The position numbers and the translations under genes are program-made. This document shows, one piece after another, positions 25,570 through 33,730 of a stretch of 64,000 bases of DNA. The stretch covers positions 21,467-85,466 of the forward strand of contig MGTV01000013.1 in the NCBI GenBank assembly GCA_001799635.1. The letters run 5' to 3'. Source of the DNA: Elusimicrobia bacterium GWA2_62_23 (GTDB lineage Bacteria; Elusimicrobiota; Elusimicrobia; Elusimicrobiales; UBA9959). Under the pieces are notes generated by a model. It was not told the origin of the DNA and searched no databases. It saw only the letters and a program-made list of their open reading frames with translations. Numbering within the stretch: position 1 is the first letter of the stretch; each line of letters starts with the position of its first letter.

Positions 25570-26672
25570 AGCAGGGCGGGCGCGCGCAGGAGCAGCGTGC
25601 GCAGCGAAGCGGCGGGCCGCAGCAGCAGGTCCCGGCCCGAAGGCAGGGCCGAGAGCACCTGCGGCAGCGAGCCGAAGGCGTATTCTAAAGTTTCGAAGAA
25701 GACGGGGCCCGCCAGTTTTTCCAGGACCCGGCGCACCGCCGGGTTCAGCAGTTCCTGGGCCACGGCGGCGAAGCCGAGCGTGAGCGCGAAGGCCCGCGAG
25801 GCCATTCTCAACCCCGAAGCCATATCCGCCAGCAGCCAGCCGGCCACCAGCGAAACCGCTAACACCCCCGCCCACATGCCCCAACGCCGCAGCAGCCGCC
25901 CGGCCCTGAAATAGAAAGCCGAGCAGGCCAGCCCGTAAGCCAGCGAGATTGCGGCGGCCGCCGGGAGCGGCAGCCTCCCTGAAGCCATGAGCCCGGCCAG
26001 CGCCAGCAGGTGCAGCACCAGGACAGGAACCGAACTGTAGCCCGGCCCGGCGCCGCGGGCGGTATATTTCCCCCCGTCGGTGGCCCGGCACTCCACAGTG
26101 GGCCCCGGGCGCGCCGCCCGCAGGCCCAGCAGGGCGGCGGCCATGCCAGCCAGGAAGTAAGTACCCAGCAGCACCAGTACCGCCGACGGAACACCGGCCC
26201 GCGAGCCCAGCAGGGCCATGATCTTCTCCAGCCCGCCGGCGTAGGCCGCCACCGCGTCGTAGCCGTAAAGCAGCAGCAGCCTCCCCACCTTGTGGATCAG
26301 CCCCCAGCTCATGGCGAGCCCGCCGGCGAGCAGGTAGCCGGCCAGGTTCCCGCCCAGCAGCCGCACCGAGACTTCGGCCAGCAGGCCTTCGGTGAAAATA
26401 GCCGCCATGGGACTCAGCAGCACGGCGCTGGGCGAGACGGATTTCATGGCGGCGCAGACCAGGGCGGCGCGCCACAGCAGGCCGCGCTCGGGCCACAGCC
26501 GGTGGCCGGCCACCATCACGGCCACGCCTATGCCGGTAAGCAGCCGGCCGGAAAAGGGCACGCGGCTGTTGTGCAGGAAACTGCCCAGCACTATTTCGGA
26601 GGCGGCCCAGAGGCTGCCTATCACGGCGGCCTTGCGCCAAAGCAGGGAATTGTCGCGAACGGCGGGCATCAA
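25500..26672 (-). CDS. Polytopic membrane protein, family not recognised
   Basis: 390 aa and strongly hydrophobic with about 10 predicted helices. The alternative frame (25555..26640) is Arg/Gly/Pro junk. The 3' end overlaps the convergent DUF2892 gene by 70 nt, so the true stop or start of one of the two is uncertain. Confidence 0.55.
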   Translation of the reverse strand: MMPAVRDNSLLWRKAAVIGSLWAASEIVLGSFLHNSRVPFSGRLLTGIGVAVMVAGHRLWPERGLLWRAALVCAAMKSVSPSAVLLSPMAAIFTEGLLAEVSVRLLGGNLAGYLLAGGLAMSWGLIHKVGRLLLLYGYDAVAAYAGGLEKIMALLGSRAGVPSAVLVLLGTYFLAGMAAALLGLRAARPGPTVECRATDGGKYTARGAGPGYSSVPVLVLHLLALAGLMASGRLPLPAAAAISLAYGLACSAFYFRAGRLLRRWGMWAGVLAVSLVAGWLLADMASGLRMASRAFALTLGFAAVAQELLNPAVRRVLEKLAGPVFFETLEYAFGSLPQVLSALPSGRDLLLRPAASLRTLLLRAPALLQDSFKPSFRKAQMAGHQPVKAD

Positions 26673-26691
26673 CCTATTCTATTAAATCGGC

Positions 26692-26721
26692 AAAAGAAAA
26701 AGGCCCCGCCTGCGCGGGGCC
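26692..26721 (-). terminator. Intrinsic terminator of the peroxiredoxin gene
   Basis: ggccccgc-ctgc-gcggggcc with a T-tract on the minus strand. The same hairpin recurs at 31197-31216. Confidence 0.75.
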
Positions 26722-26741
26722 TTTCTTTTACGGCCTGCCTC

Positions 26742-27485
26742 TTAATTCTTCTTGTCGTCCTTGGGCAGGGTCTTGAAACACATGAACCAGTCGTAGCAGT
26801 GGTGCCCGCCGGAGGTCTGGCTCTCCACGCGCTCTTTGGCGCCGCCGCAGGAACCGGGCGGAGGCACTATGACCTCGTCGCCGGGGCGCCAGTCGGCCGG
26901 CGTGGCTATCTTGTACTTGTCGGCGGTCTGCATGGCTATCAGCAGACGCTTGATCTCGTCGAAGTTGCGCCCCGCCGAGAGCGGGTAATAGATCATGGCG
27001 CGGATCTTGCCGACGGGGTCCACAAAGAACACGGCGCGCACGGCCTTGGTATCCGAGGCGTTAGGCTGGAGCATGCCGTATTTTTTGGCTATGTCCATCT
27101 TTATGTCCGCTATCAGCGGGAACGTGACCTCGATGTTCTTCATGCCCTTGTACTCGATCTTCTCCTTGATGGTGCGCAGCCAGGCCACGTGGCTGTAGAT
27201 GCTGTCTATGGACAGCCCTATAACCTCGGTATTGAGGGCCTTGAACTCCGGCAGCATCTTGGCGAAGGTCATGAACTCCGTGGTGCAGACGGGCGTGAAG
27301 TCAGCCGGGTGGCTGAACAGGATGGCCCATTTACCCTTGTAGTCCGCAGGGAAGTTGACCGGTCCCTGGGTGGTTTCGGCGGTGAACGCCGGGGCGTCGT
27401 CGCCTATGAGCGGCACGCCCTGCGCGAACAACGGCTGAGCAACGAACATTGCCGCGAGCAGCGGCAGTACTATCAGTTTTTTCAT
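26742..27485 (-). CDS. Prx6-type (1-Cys-like) peroxiredoxin with an N-terminal signal peptide
   Basis: ATG at 27485, preceded by gagggggaga. MKKLIVLPLLAAMFVAQPLFAQG, then WAILFSHPADFTPVCTTEF (peroxidatic Cys) and a C-terminal CYDWFMCF motif, as I recall from archaeal-type Prx6 enzymes. Confidence 0.85.
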   Translation of the reverse strand: MKKLIVLPLLAAMFVAQPLFAQGVPLIGDDAPAFTAETTQGPVNFPADYKGKWAILFSHPADFTPVCTTEFMTFAKMLPEFKALNTEVIGLSIDSIYSHVAWLRTIKEKIEYKGMKNIEVTFPLIADIKMDIAKKYGMLQPNASDTKAVRAVFFVDPVGKIRAMIYYPLSAGRNFDEIKRLLIAMQTADKYKIATPADWRPGDEVIVPPPGSCGGAKERVESQTSGGHHCYDWFMCFKTLPKDDKKN

Positions 27486-27601
27486 TTTATTCTCCCCCTC
27501 CTGGCGCTTGGAGCGCCAAGGGTAATATACCAATTTTTCCCGGATTTTCTGCCCGGATATTTTAGATGCGCAGGGGGGCGGAAAGTTTCAGTTTCGGCCG
27601 T

Positions 27602-28465
27602 TTAGAACGGCAGGGTAAGGCCGAGCGACCAGTAATCGCTCTTAGGCTGACCGCCGCCGGGATTGAAACCCTCCCAGCCGGCGGAGAGCTCGGCTTTGGG
27701 GAATTTAACGCTCAGGCCCAAAGTGAAACTTTCGGAAGAAGGCTGGTCCAGCAGGTAATTGGTGCGGGCGTAGCCTGCCTCGGGCACCACGGGCAGGCCG
27801 GGCACGCGCAGCCGGGCGGAAACGGCGGTATCCGGGAAACCGCTGGTCCCTATACCGCCTATGTCGAGCGGCAGCTCGCGGGCCTCGTCGGTAATATCCT
27901 TGTTATAGGCCGTCTTGGTGAAGCGGCCGCTGGCCCGCACGCCGTAAAGTTTTACGGCGGCGCTCACGCCGTAGTCGGTCTGGTTCAGCTTGAAAGCGTC
28001 GGTAAGGGTGACGCTGGAGGTGCCGCGGCGGCCTATAGAAACCGTGGCGGTGGAAGCGGCGTAAAGGTCCTCGTGCATGGTGAGCCCGGCGAAAACTCCC
28101 AGCGTGGCGTCCTGCAGCGCCGCGTCCTCGGCGGGCGAGCGCAGGAGGTTATAGGTGAAGTCGGCGTAAAGGCCGGTGTTCTTATAGCCGTTGGTTTCGG
28201 GCGTGACCGAAAGTTCCGCCCCGGCGCTCCAGGCTTCCCTCTCCAGGCCCGCGCCCAGGGAATAGGTGGACATCCGGTCGGAGAGATCGCTCTTGTAGGT
28301 ATTGAGCGAGGGCCGGAAGTAATAATCGTCTTCGCCCCATTCGGCGAAAGCGTTCACGCCCGCGTAGCCGGAAGGGCCGGCGGTGTAGCGGCCGCCCACG
28401 TCCGTGTAGGCGCCGGCGGAGGCCGCAAAAATCGGAAAGAAAGCCGCGAATATCAGTGATTTCAT
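27602..28465 (-). CDS. Outer-membrane beta-barrel protein, hypothetical
   Basis: Signal peptide MKSLIFAAFFPIFAASAGA, alternating strands, and C-terminal ...WSLGLTLPF. Confidence 0.6.
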   Translation of the reverse strand: MKSLIFAAFFPIFAASAGAYTDVGGRYTAGPSGYAGVNAFAEWGEDDYYFRPSLNTYKSDLSDRMSTYSLGAGLEREAWSAGAELSVTPETNGYKNTGLYADFTYNLLRSPAEDAALQDATLGVFAGLTMHEDLYAASTATVSIGRRGTSSVTLTDAFKLNQTDYGVSAAVKLYGVRASGRFTKTAYNKDITDEARELPLDIGGIGTSGFPDTAVSARLRVPGLPVVPEAGYARTNYLLDQPSSESFTLGLSVKFPKAELSAGWEGFNPGGGQPKSDYWSLGLTLPF

Positions 28466-28537
28466 AGGTCGCTCCGTAAATACGCCGCCGCCCCCCTTAC
28501 AAGAGGGGCGACGGCACTTGTTTTTATCTAACCGCCT

Positions 28538-29062
28538 CTATCTGCCGCGCTTGCCGCCGCCGGCCCCGGAACCGCCGCCGCGGCGCTCGCCGCGCGAGCC
28601 GCGCTCTCCGGAGGAATGCTCCTTGGTGCGGAGCTGCTTCTTCTCCTGCTTGCGCTCCTGCTTCATTTCGCCTTCGCCCTTCTTGGCCTTCTCGGCCTTC
28701 TTCAGGGCCTTCTCATCGCCGGCGTTCTCGGTCATTTCCCGCACGGCCTCACCCTTGGCCTTATCGGCGCCCTGCATTTCGCGGGCCTTCTCGCGGCCCT
28801 GCTGGCCATGCTCCCCGGCGGCCTCGTCGGCCCGGTCCAGGCCGGTCTTCTTTTCTTCGCCCGCCCCGGAGCCGTCCTTGAGGCGCAGCTGCTCTTTTAT
28901 CTGCAGCTTTTCCCCGGTCTGCAGCTTATCCTGGGTCTTCAGCTGGTCCCTGGTCTGCAGCTTGTCCTGCTCTTTCACCGCGTCCTCGGCGCTCACGGCG
29001 GCCGTCATTAAAACAGCGGAAACCAGGCTGAGGGCGGCGGTCATTATTATCTTGGTCTTCAT
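28538..29062 (-). CDS. Secreted, highly charged low-complexity protein with an RGG-type tail
   Basis: Signal peptide, DKLQT-type repeats, Lys/Glu-rich body, and the tail SSGERGSRGERRGGGSGAGGGKRGR. Confidence 0.5.
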   Translation of the reverse strand: MKTKIIMTAALSLVSAVLMTAAVSAEDAVKEQDKLQTRDQLKTQDKLQTGEKLQIKEQLRLKDGSGAGEEKKTGLDRADEAAGEHGQQGREKAREMQGADKAKGEAVREMTENAGDEKALKKAEKAKKGEGEMKQERKQEKKQLRTKEHSSGERGSRGERRGGGSGAGGGKRGR

Positions 29063-29129
29063 AACTCCTCCTTGATGGCGGCCATTGCCGCTCTACATGC
29101 TGACGCGGCCGGCAGCCATAAGGTTTAGT

Positions 29130-29567
29130 CTAGCGGCGCCCGCCCCGGCCGCCGCCGCCGGAGCCGCCCCCGCCGCGGCGCTCGCCTTTACGTTCCTGGC
29201 GGTACTCGCGGCGCAGCTCCTCGCGGCGTTCTTTGGAGAGCTTCTGCCATTTCTGGAACTTCTTTATGAGCTTGTTGCGCTCCCCCTCTGGCATGGCCTG
29301 GAAGCGGGACCAGCGGGCGCGCAGCTCCTGACGGCGCGGCTCGGCCATCATCCGGAAGCGCTCGAATTTAAGCTTCAGTTCAGCCTGCTTCTCCGGCTTC
29401 ATGACCCGCCACTTCTCGTAATTGGCCAGCACCCGGGTCTTTTCCGCGTCGGTCAGCTTCTCCCAGGCGGCGGCCCGCTCGGCCTTGCCGGGATCGTCCG
29501 CGGCGCGGGCCGGCAGGGCCGCGGCCATGAAGGCCGCCAGTATAAGGATATATTTCATAGTTTTCAT
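29130..29567 (-). CDS. DUF3106-like periplasmic protein with an RGG-type tail
   Basis: Signal peptide, then repeated W-x-(K/R)-(L/M)-x-P-E-x-(R/Q) helices (WEKLTDAEKTRV, WRVMKPEKQAEL, WSRFQAMPEGERNKL, WQKLSKERREEL), and the tail GERRGGGGSGGGGRGGRR. Confidence 0.6.
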   Translation of the reverse strand: MKTMKYILILAAFMAAALPARAADDPGKAERAAAWEKLTDAEKTRVLANYEKWRVMKPEKQAELKLKFERFRMMAEPRRQELRARWSRFQAMPEGERNKLIKKFQKWQKLSKERREELRREYRQERKGERRGGGGSGGGGRGGRR

Positions 29568-29818
29568 AACCCCTCCGCTGTGGTGGTGGAAGCCTTCACC
29601 GTTTCCGTGGACGTATCCAGCCGCGCCGAGGCCGTACCGGTGGAGGTCTCCACCGCGGCGCCGTCGGTTTCGCCTTCCAGCACTTCCAAATTGCTCAACA
29701 GCTCGAAATCGCTGAAGAAATCCAGGTTGTCTATGACCTCGGCCGGAGCCGTTATGGCGGCCAGGGCCCCGGCGGCCAGCGCCAGCACCAGGCCCGCTAT
29801 GATCTTTCTGCGTTTCAT
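29564..29818 (-). CDS. Small secreted or membrane-anchored protein with an acidic LDFF..FELL motif
   Basis: 84 aa. Start and stop overlap the neighbouring genes. One N-terminal hydrophobic helix. Confidence 0.5.
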   Translation of the reverse strand: MKRRKIIAGLVLALAAGALAAITAPAEVIDNLDFFSDFELLSNLEVLEGETDGAAVETSTGTASARLDTSTETVKASTTTAEGL

Positions 29819-30108
29819 AACTCGTTCTCCGGGACGGCTTCCAGCACGTCCATATCGTCCAGCAGGTCCAAATGCTCCAGGAAAGCCGTGCTCACCAGGC
29901 TTTCGGGCGAAGGCGCGGGGGTCTGCGGCCTGGCCGTGAAGAACAGCAGGGCGGCCAGGGCCGCGGCCGGCGCCAGCAGCCAGGCCTTCCGGTGGGAGGG
30001 CCGGCCGGCTGCGGCGGCCAGGATCTCTTTTTCCTGCCGCTGCCAGAACGCCTCATGGCGGCGTACCGCCAGCAGCGAGATCAGTTTCTTCTCTTTATCT
30101 TCGTTCAT
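29815..30108 (-). CDS. Putative anti-sigma factor (single-pass)
   Basis: 97 aa. Overlaps the sigma gene stop by 4 nt. Has a central TM helix (AWLLAPAAALAALLFF) and an acidic C-terminus (LDLLDDMDVLEAV). Confidence 0.55.
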   Translation of the reverse strand: MNEDKEKKLISLLAVRRHEAFWQRQEKEILAAAAGRPSHRKAWLLAPAAALAALLFFTARPQTPAPSPESLVSTAFLEHLDLLDDMDVLEAVPENEL

Positions 30109-30692
30109 AAGTATTCCCCCAGAGAGGCCTCGAGCTTCCTGCGGGCCTCGAACCAGTGGGCTTTCACCGTACCTTCAGCCATGCCCAGCGCCGCCGCTAT
30201 CTCCGTCATGGTCAGCTCCTGTGAGCGCAGGACGGCCACTTCGCGCTGGCGCGGCGGCAGCAGGGCTATGGCGGCCTGTACCCGGCGCTCCAGGTCGGCC
30301 TGGATAGCCAGCTGCTCCGGCCGGTCGCCGGGCCTGTCGGGCAGGAAGTCTTCCGGCGCGGCGGCGTCTTCTTCGCCCTCGCCCCTGCCCAGACCCACCC
30401 AGTTGCGCAGCTTTTTCCAGCGCCACCAGGAACGCGCCTTGTTGGCCGCTATGCGCAGCAGCCAGGTCTTCAAAGAGCTCTCGCCGCGGAAATCCTTAAG
30501 ATGCTTCCAGGCGGCCATGAAAGTCTCCTGGGTTATGTCCTCGGCTGCGTCCGCGCTGGCGGTCAGCCGGAGGGCCACGGCGAAGACCAGGCGCTGGTGC
30601 TCTTCTATGAGCAGGGCGAAGGCGTTTTCGGGATCGCTCCCGGCAAGGCTTTCGGGCCCGGTCTTTTTTTCGTTCTCCATTAAGTTTTCCAC
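30105..30692 (-). CDS. ECF-type RNA polymerase sigma-70 family factor
   Basis: Region 2 (LIEEHQRLVFAVALRLT...AEDITQETFMAAWKHL) and region 4 (LPPRQREVAVLRSQELTMTEIAAALGMAEGTVKAHWFEARRKL). Confidence 0.85.
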   Translation of the reverse strand: MENLMENEKKTGPESLAGSDPENAFALLIEEHQRLVFAVALRLTASADAAEDITQETFMAAWKHLKDFRGESSLKTWLLRIAANKARSWWRWKKLRNWVGLGRGEGEEDAAAPEDFLPDRPGDRPEQLAIQADLERRVQAAIALLPPRQREVAVLRSQELTMTEIAAALGMAEGTVKAHWFEARRKLEASLGEYL

Positions 30693-30809
30693 GCTAGTAC
30701 TGACGCCTGACGGCTCTAAATGGTTTAGTCCCCGCCTTTATTATATTAAGAAACCGGCTAAACCTTTTTGGCCCGCCGCGCGTCTGCATTAGCGGGTCAT
30801 GGAGGCCTT

Positions 30810-31175
30810 ATGACAAAGCGCATCCTGGTGGTTGAAGACGACGAAGCCTTGCGGCGCGTCTATGCCCGGCTCCTCGGGAGCTGCGGGTACTCACTTACCC
30901 TGGCCGGAGGGGCCGGCGAAGCCAGGGCGCTGCTGGCCGCCGCCTCCTACGACCTGATGATAACCGACTACGAACTGGGCGACGGCAAAGGCACGGAAAT
31001 AATAGAAACCGCCCGGGCCGGGGTGGACGGCGGCGGCAGCATCATCATGATCTCCGGCTCCCTGGAAACGGCCGAAATGGACCGCCTGGCCGAACACTAC
31101 CGGCTGGCGGGCTGCTTTCCCAAGCCCTTCAACCTCGAAGCCCTGCTAAGCAAGATAAGCGAAACACTCTCCTGA
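30810..31175 (+). CDS. Stand-alone receiver-domain response regulator (CheY-like)
   Basis: ATG at 30810 follows ggagg. MTKRILVVEDDEAL, DLMITDYELGDG and FPKPF. Confidence 0.8.
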   Translation: MTKRILVVEDDEALRRVYARLLGSCGYSLTLAGGAGEARALLAAASYDLMITDYELGDGKGTEIIETARAGVDGGGSIIMISGSLETAEMDRLAEHYRLAGCFPKPFNLEALLSKISETLS

Positions 31176-31191
31176 GCGACTCAGTGGGAAT

Positions 31192-31224
31192 AAAAAGGCC
31201 CCGCCTGCGCGGGGCCTTTTCTTT
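31192..31224. terminator. Bidirectional intrinsic terminator (second copy of the ggccccgcctgcgcggggcc hairpin)
   Basis: aaaaa-ggccccgc-ctgc-gcggggcc-ttttcttt, between convergent genes. Confidence 0.75.
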
Positions 31225-31236
31225 GCTCCAGGTCCT

Positions 31237-32442
31237 TTAGAACTTGAAGGTAAGGCCAAGGTCGTAGGCATCCTCGGAAAGTTCGGACTTTATGCTGCCG
31301 TCCGAAGAGTTTTCCGTGATCGACTTGGCGAAGGCCTTCTTGTAGCCCACGTTCAGGGCGAACTTGGGAGAGAACTCGTAGCCGGCGCCCAGCGTGAGGT
31401 GGTGCTCCACGATACCGGGAAAACCGATGATGCGGAAGTATTCGTAGTTGTAGGTACTCATGGTCTTGCCCTGCACCACGGTGGTCCCCATCGGATTGAA
31501 ATTATCGTGCTTCTTCAGGGGATTCTTGCCGTAGTTCCAGCCGGCGCGCAGCGTGAGCTTGTCGGTAGTCTTGTTCTGGACGCCCAGGCCGAAAACGGTC
31601 TGGCTCTCCCAGTCGAAGTCGCTGTAGCCGTCGGCGTTGGCCCAGTCCACGTATTTCACGTCCGCGGAAAGCACCCATTTGTCCAGGCCTTTGTAGGAGA
31701 CGCCGGCGCCGTACTGGGCGGGGTTCTCCAGCTTCAGGTCGTCGAAGCCGTTATAGGTGCCGGAAAGGCCTTCCCCGTCGAAGTCGTACACGCGCTCGTG
31801 ATTGACGTTCTGGGGAGTAACGTAGGTCAGGCCGAAGTTCCATTTGCCGTACTCGTAACCGGCGCCGAGGCGCACGCCGAGGGCGTAGTTATGAGAGAGG
31901 CCCTTACCGAAGTCGGCGGCCTGGTAGTCTATGTCGAGGCCGGCGCCGTAGGACAGGCTGCCGTACTTATAGGAGAAGGCCGGCACGAACTTCATGACCG
32001 ACACCTTGGTGTTCATTTTGCCGCCGGTGTCCTTATTGCGGTAATCCACGCCCATGCCGGACACGCCGTAGGCGGCGATGCCGAAGGTGAGCTTGTCGTC
32101 TATCTTGCTGGACAGACCGATGGCCGGCACGGCGTAAGCCGCGTCCTGGCTCTTGCCGCTCCAGTTGCCCACGGGCATACCGGCGGAACGCACCGTGGCC
32201 TTCACGGTAGGCGCGAAGTAAGTGCCGGCGAAGTTGAACTGTGAACCCTCCAGTTGGGAAAGCCCGGCCGGGTTGGTGAAGATGGCGCTGATGGCGTCCT
32301 GGGGGGCAGCCATGCCGGTGCCGCCCATGGCGCGCGAAGCCGGGCCCACGCCTATGAGGTTATCGCCGTTGGTGGCGAAAACGTTCACGGACAGGCCGGT
32401 GAGAACCGCAACCGCCGCTAACACTTTTACCGATTTTTTCAT
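31237..32442 (-). CDS. FadL/OmpP1/TodX-family outer-membrane transport protein
   Basis: Signal peptide. N-terminal GVGPASRAMGGTGMAAPQDAISAIFTNPAGLS and C-terminal ...AYDLGLTFKF. 401 aa. Confidence 0.75.
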   Translation of the reverse strand: MKKSVKVLAAVAVLTGLSVNVFATNGDNLIGVGPASRAMGGTGMAAPQDAISAIFTNPAGLSQLEGSQFNFAGTYFAPTVKATVRSAGMPVGNWSGKSQDAAYAVPAIGLSSKIDDKLTFGIAAYGVSGMGVDYRNKDTGGKMNTKVSVMKFVPAFSYKYGSLSYGAGLDIDYQAADFGKGLSHNYALGVRLGAGYEYGKWNFGLTYVTPQNVNHERVYDFDGEGLSGTYNGFDDLKLENPAQYGAGVSYKGLDKWVLSADVKYVDWANADGYSDFDWESQTVFGLGVQNKTTDKLTLRAGWNYGKNPLKKHDNFNPMGTTVVQGKTMSTYNYEYFRIIGFPGIVEHHLTLGAGYEFSPKFALNVGYKKAFAKSITENSSDGSIKSELSEDAYDLGLTFKF

Positions 32443-32467
32443 TTTTCCTCTGTTTAATTTTCCGAGA

Positions 32468-33019
32468 TCAGATGAACAGCGAAGACTTGCTGCTGCCGGC
32501 CTCGGCCAGGAACTTGGCCACGCCGGCGCTCTTGAGGTTGGGGTAATCTATCATCTCTTCCATCTTGTAGCCCATCAGGTCCATGCTCATCTGGCAGACG
32601 TAGATCTGCACGCCGGAATCGGCCGCGGTCTTCATCAGCTGCCCGAGCGTCATCACGTTGTGCTTCTTCATGATGCTCTTTATCATGGCCTTGCCCATGC
32701 CGCCCATGTTCATCTTGCTGAGCTTGGTGCCGTCGGCGCCGTTGGGCAGCATCACCTCGAACATTTTGGAGACCACGTCCTTGGAGACGGTCTTGTTGGG
32801 GTCCTTCAGCGCCGGGATGGACCAGAAGGTAAAGAACATCACCACCTTCTCGAACATCGCCGCCGCGCCGGTGGCTATAATGAAAGAGGCCAGCAGCTTG
32901 TCCATGTCGCCGCTCATTACCACCATGGAGAGCTTGTCCTCCGGCGCGTTGGCCTTCAGGGTTTCCACGTCGGCCTTGAGGGCCGCTACCTGCGCTTCCA
33001 GTTCTTTTATGTCAGCCAT
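32468..33019 (-). CDS. DsrE/DsrF/DrsH-like (DrsE_2-type) sulfur-relay family protein
   Basis: N-terminal coiled coil, then MVVMSGDMDKL...FFTFWSIPAL...IYVCQMSMDLMG with the conserved Cys. Confidence 0.65.
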   Translation of the reverse strand: MADIKELEAQVAALKADVETLKANAPEDKLSMVVMSGDMDKLLASFIIATGAAAMFEKVVMFFTFWSIPALKDPNKTVSKDVVSKMFEVMLPNGADGTKLSKMNMGGMGKAMIKSIMKKHNVMTLGQLMKTAADSGVQIYVCQMSMDLMGYKMEEMIDYPNLKSAGVAKFLAEAGSSKSSLFI

Positions 33020-33027
33020 AATTCTCC

Positions 33028-33360
33028 TTAATGCGTGTAGTCCAGGATCTTTACTTTATCCCCCACTTTCTTAACTATAGCCTCTTTCATCGCGTCCGCG
33101 TGAGGGCAGGGGAAACAGAGCGGGTTGCCGTTCTTTATGCAGGACGCGAGGGCGATGACCTCTACGCCGCGGGCCACCATCTCTTCCGCGCGTATCACGG
33201 CCCGCTTGCCGGGGCAGCCGCCGCAGGAGACGAAGGCCGTCATCTCCACCGGCCCGGTCTCGGCGAAAGCGCCCTTGCCCAATTGCGCGAACTTGAAGTC
33301 CGTGGTGCCGGGGCAGATATCCTCGGTCTGCTGACAGCGTATTACGCCTGCTTTTTTCAT
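33028..33360 (-). CDS. CGGC-domain protein
   Basis: IRCQQTEDICPGT, FVSCGGCPGK, ALASCIKNG and CFPCPH. Confidence 0.75.
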   Translation of the reverse strand: MKKAGVIRCQQTEDICPGTTDFKFAQLGKGAFAETGPVEMTAFVSCGGCPGKRAVIRAEEMVARGVEVIALASCIKNGNPLCFPCPHADAMKEAIVKKVGDKVKILDYTH

Positions 33361-33361
33361 A

Positions 33362-33730
33362 TTAGTAGGAGAGCACCGTTTTGGCGGAAGTTATTTCTTC
33401 TATCACCTTGGCGGCGCCGACTATCCTGGCATTAGGCACCAGGTCTTTTTCGTCGAAGCCGCGGGCCTTCAGGCACGGCGAGCAGACCAGCAGCTGGCCG
33501 CCCATTTCGGCGTAGGACGCGGCCAGTTTCTCCAGCGGGTCGAACGGGGCGTGATTGATCTCGGCGGTCTTGCCTTTAACCGCGAGGTTAACCCCCTCGC
33601 CCTGCACTATGATCACGGGGTCAACGTCCATGGCGTAGCTGGCGTTAGCCAGCACGAAAGGGATTATGGCCTTCTCCGGGGAATCCTTGAAATGCGTGGC
33701 CACGTAAACTATCTTTTCGTTGTTGTCCAT
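33362..33730 (-). CDS. DsrE-family sulfur-relay protein
   Basis: 122 aa. IVYVATH...IPFVLAN...IIVQGEGV...LLVCSPCLKARG. Confidence 0.7.
   Translation of the reverse strand: MDNNEKIVYVATHFKDSPEKAIIPFVLANASYAMDVDPVIIVQGEGVNLAVKGKTAEINHAPFDPLEKLAASYAEMGGQLLVCSPCLKARGFDEKDLVPNARIVGAAKVIEEITSAKTVLSY

Noticed and set aside
26010-27605. 531-aa plus-strand ORF spanning two minus-strand genes and a terminator
   Set aside because: It crosses the intergenic terminator hairpin and is antisense to the membrane protein and the peroxiredoxin. Its composition is Gly/Ala/His/Arg junk.
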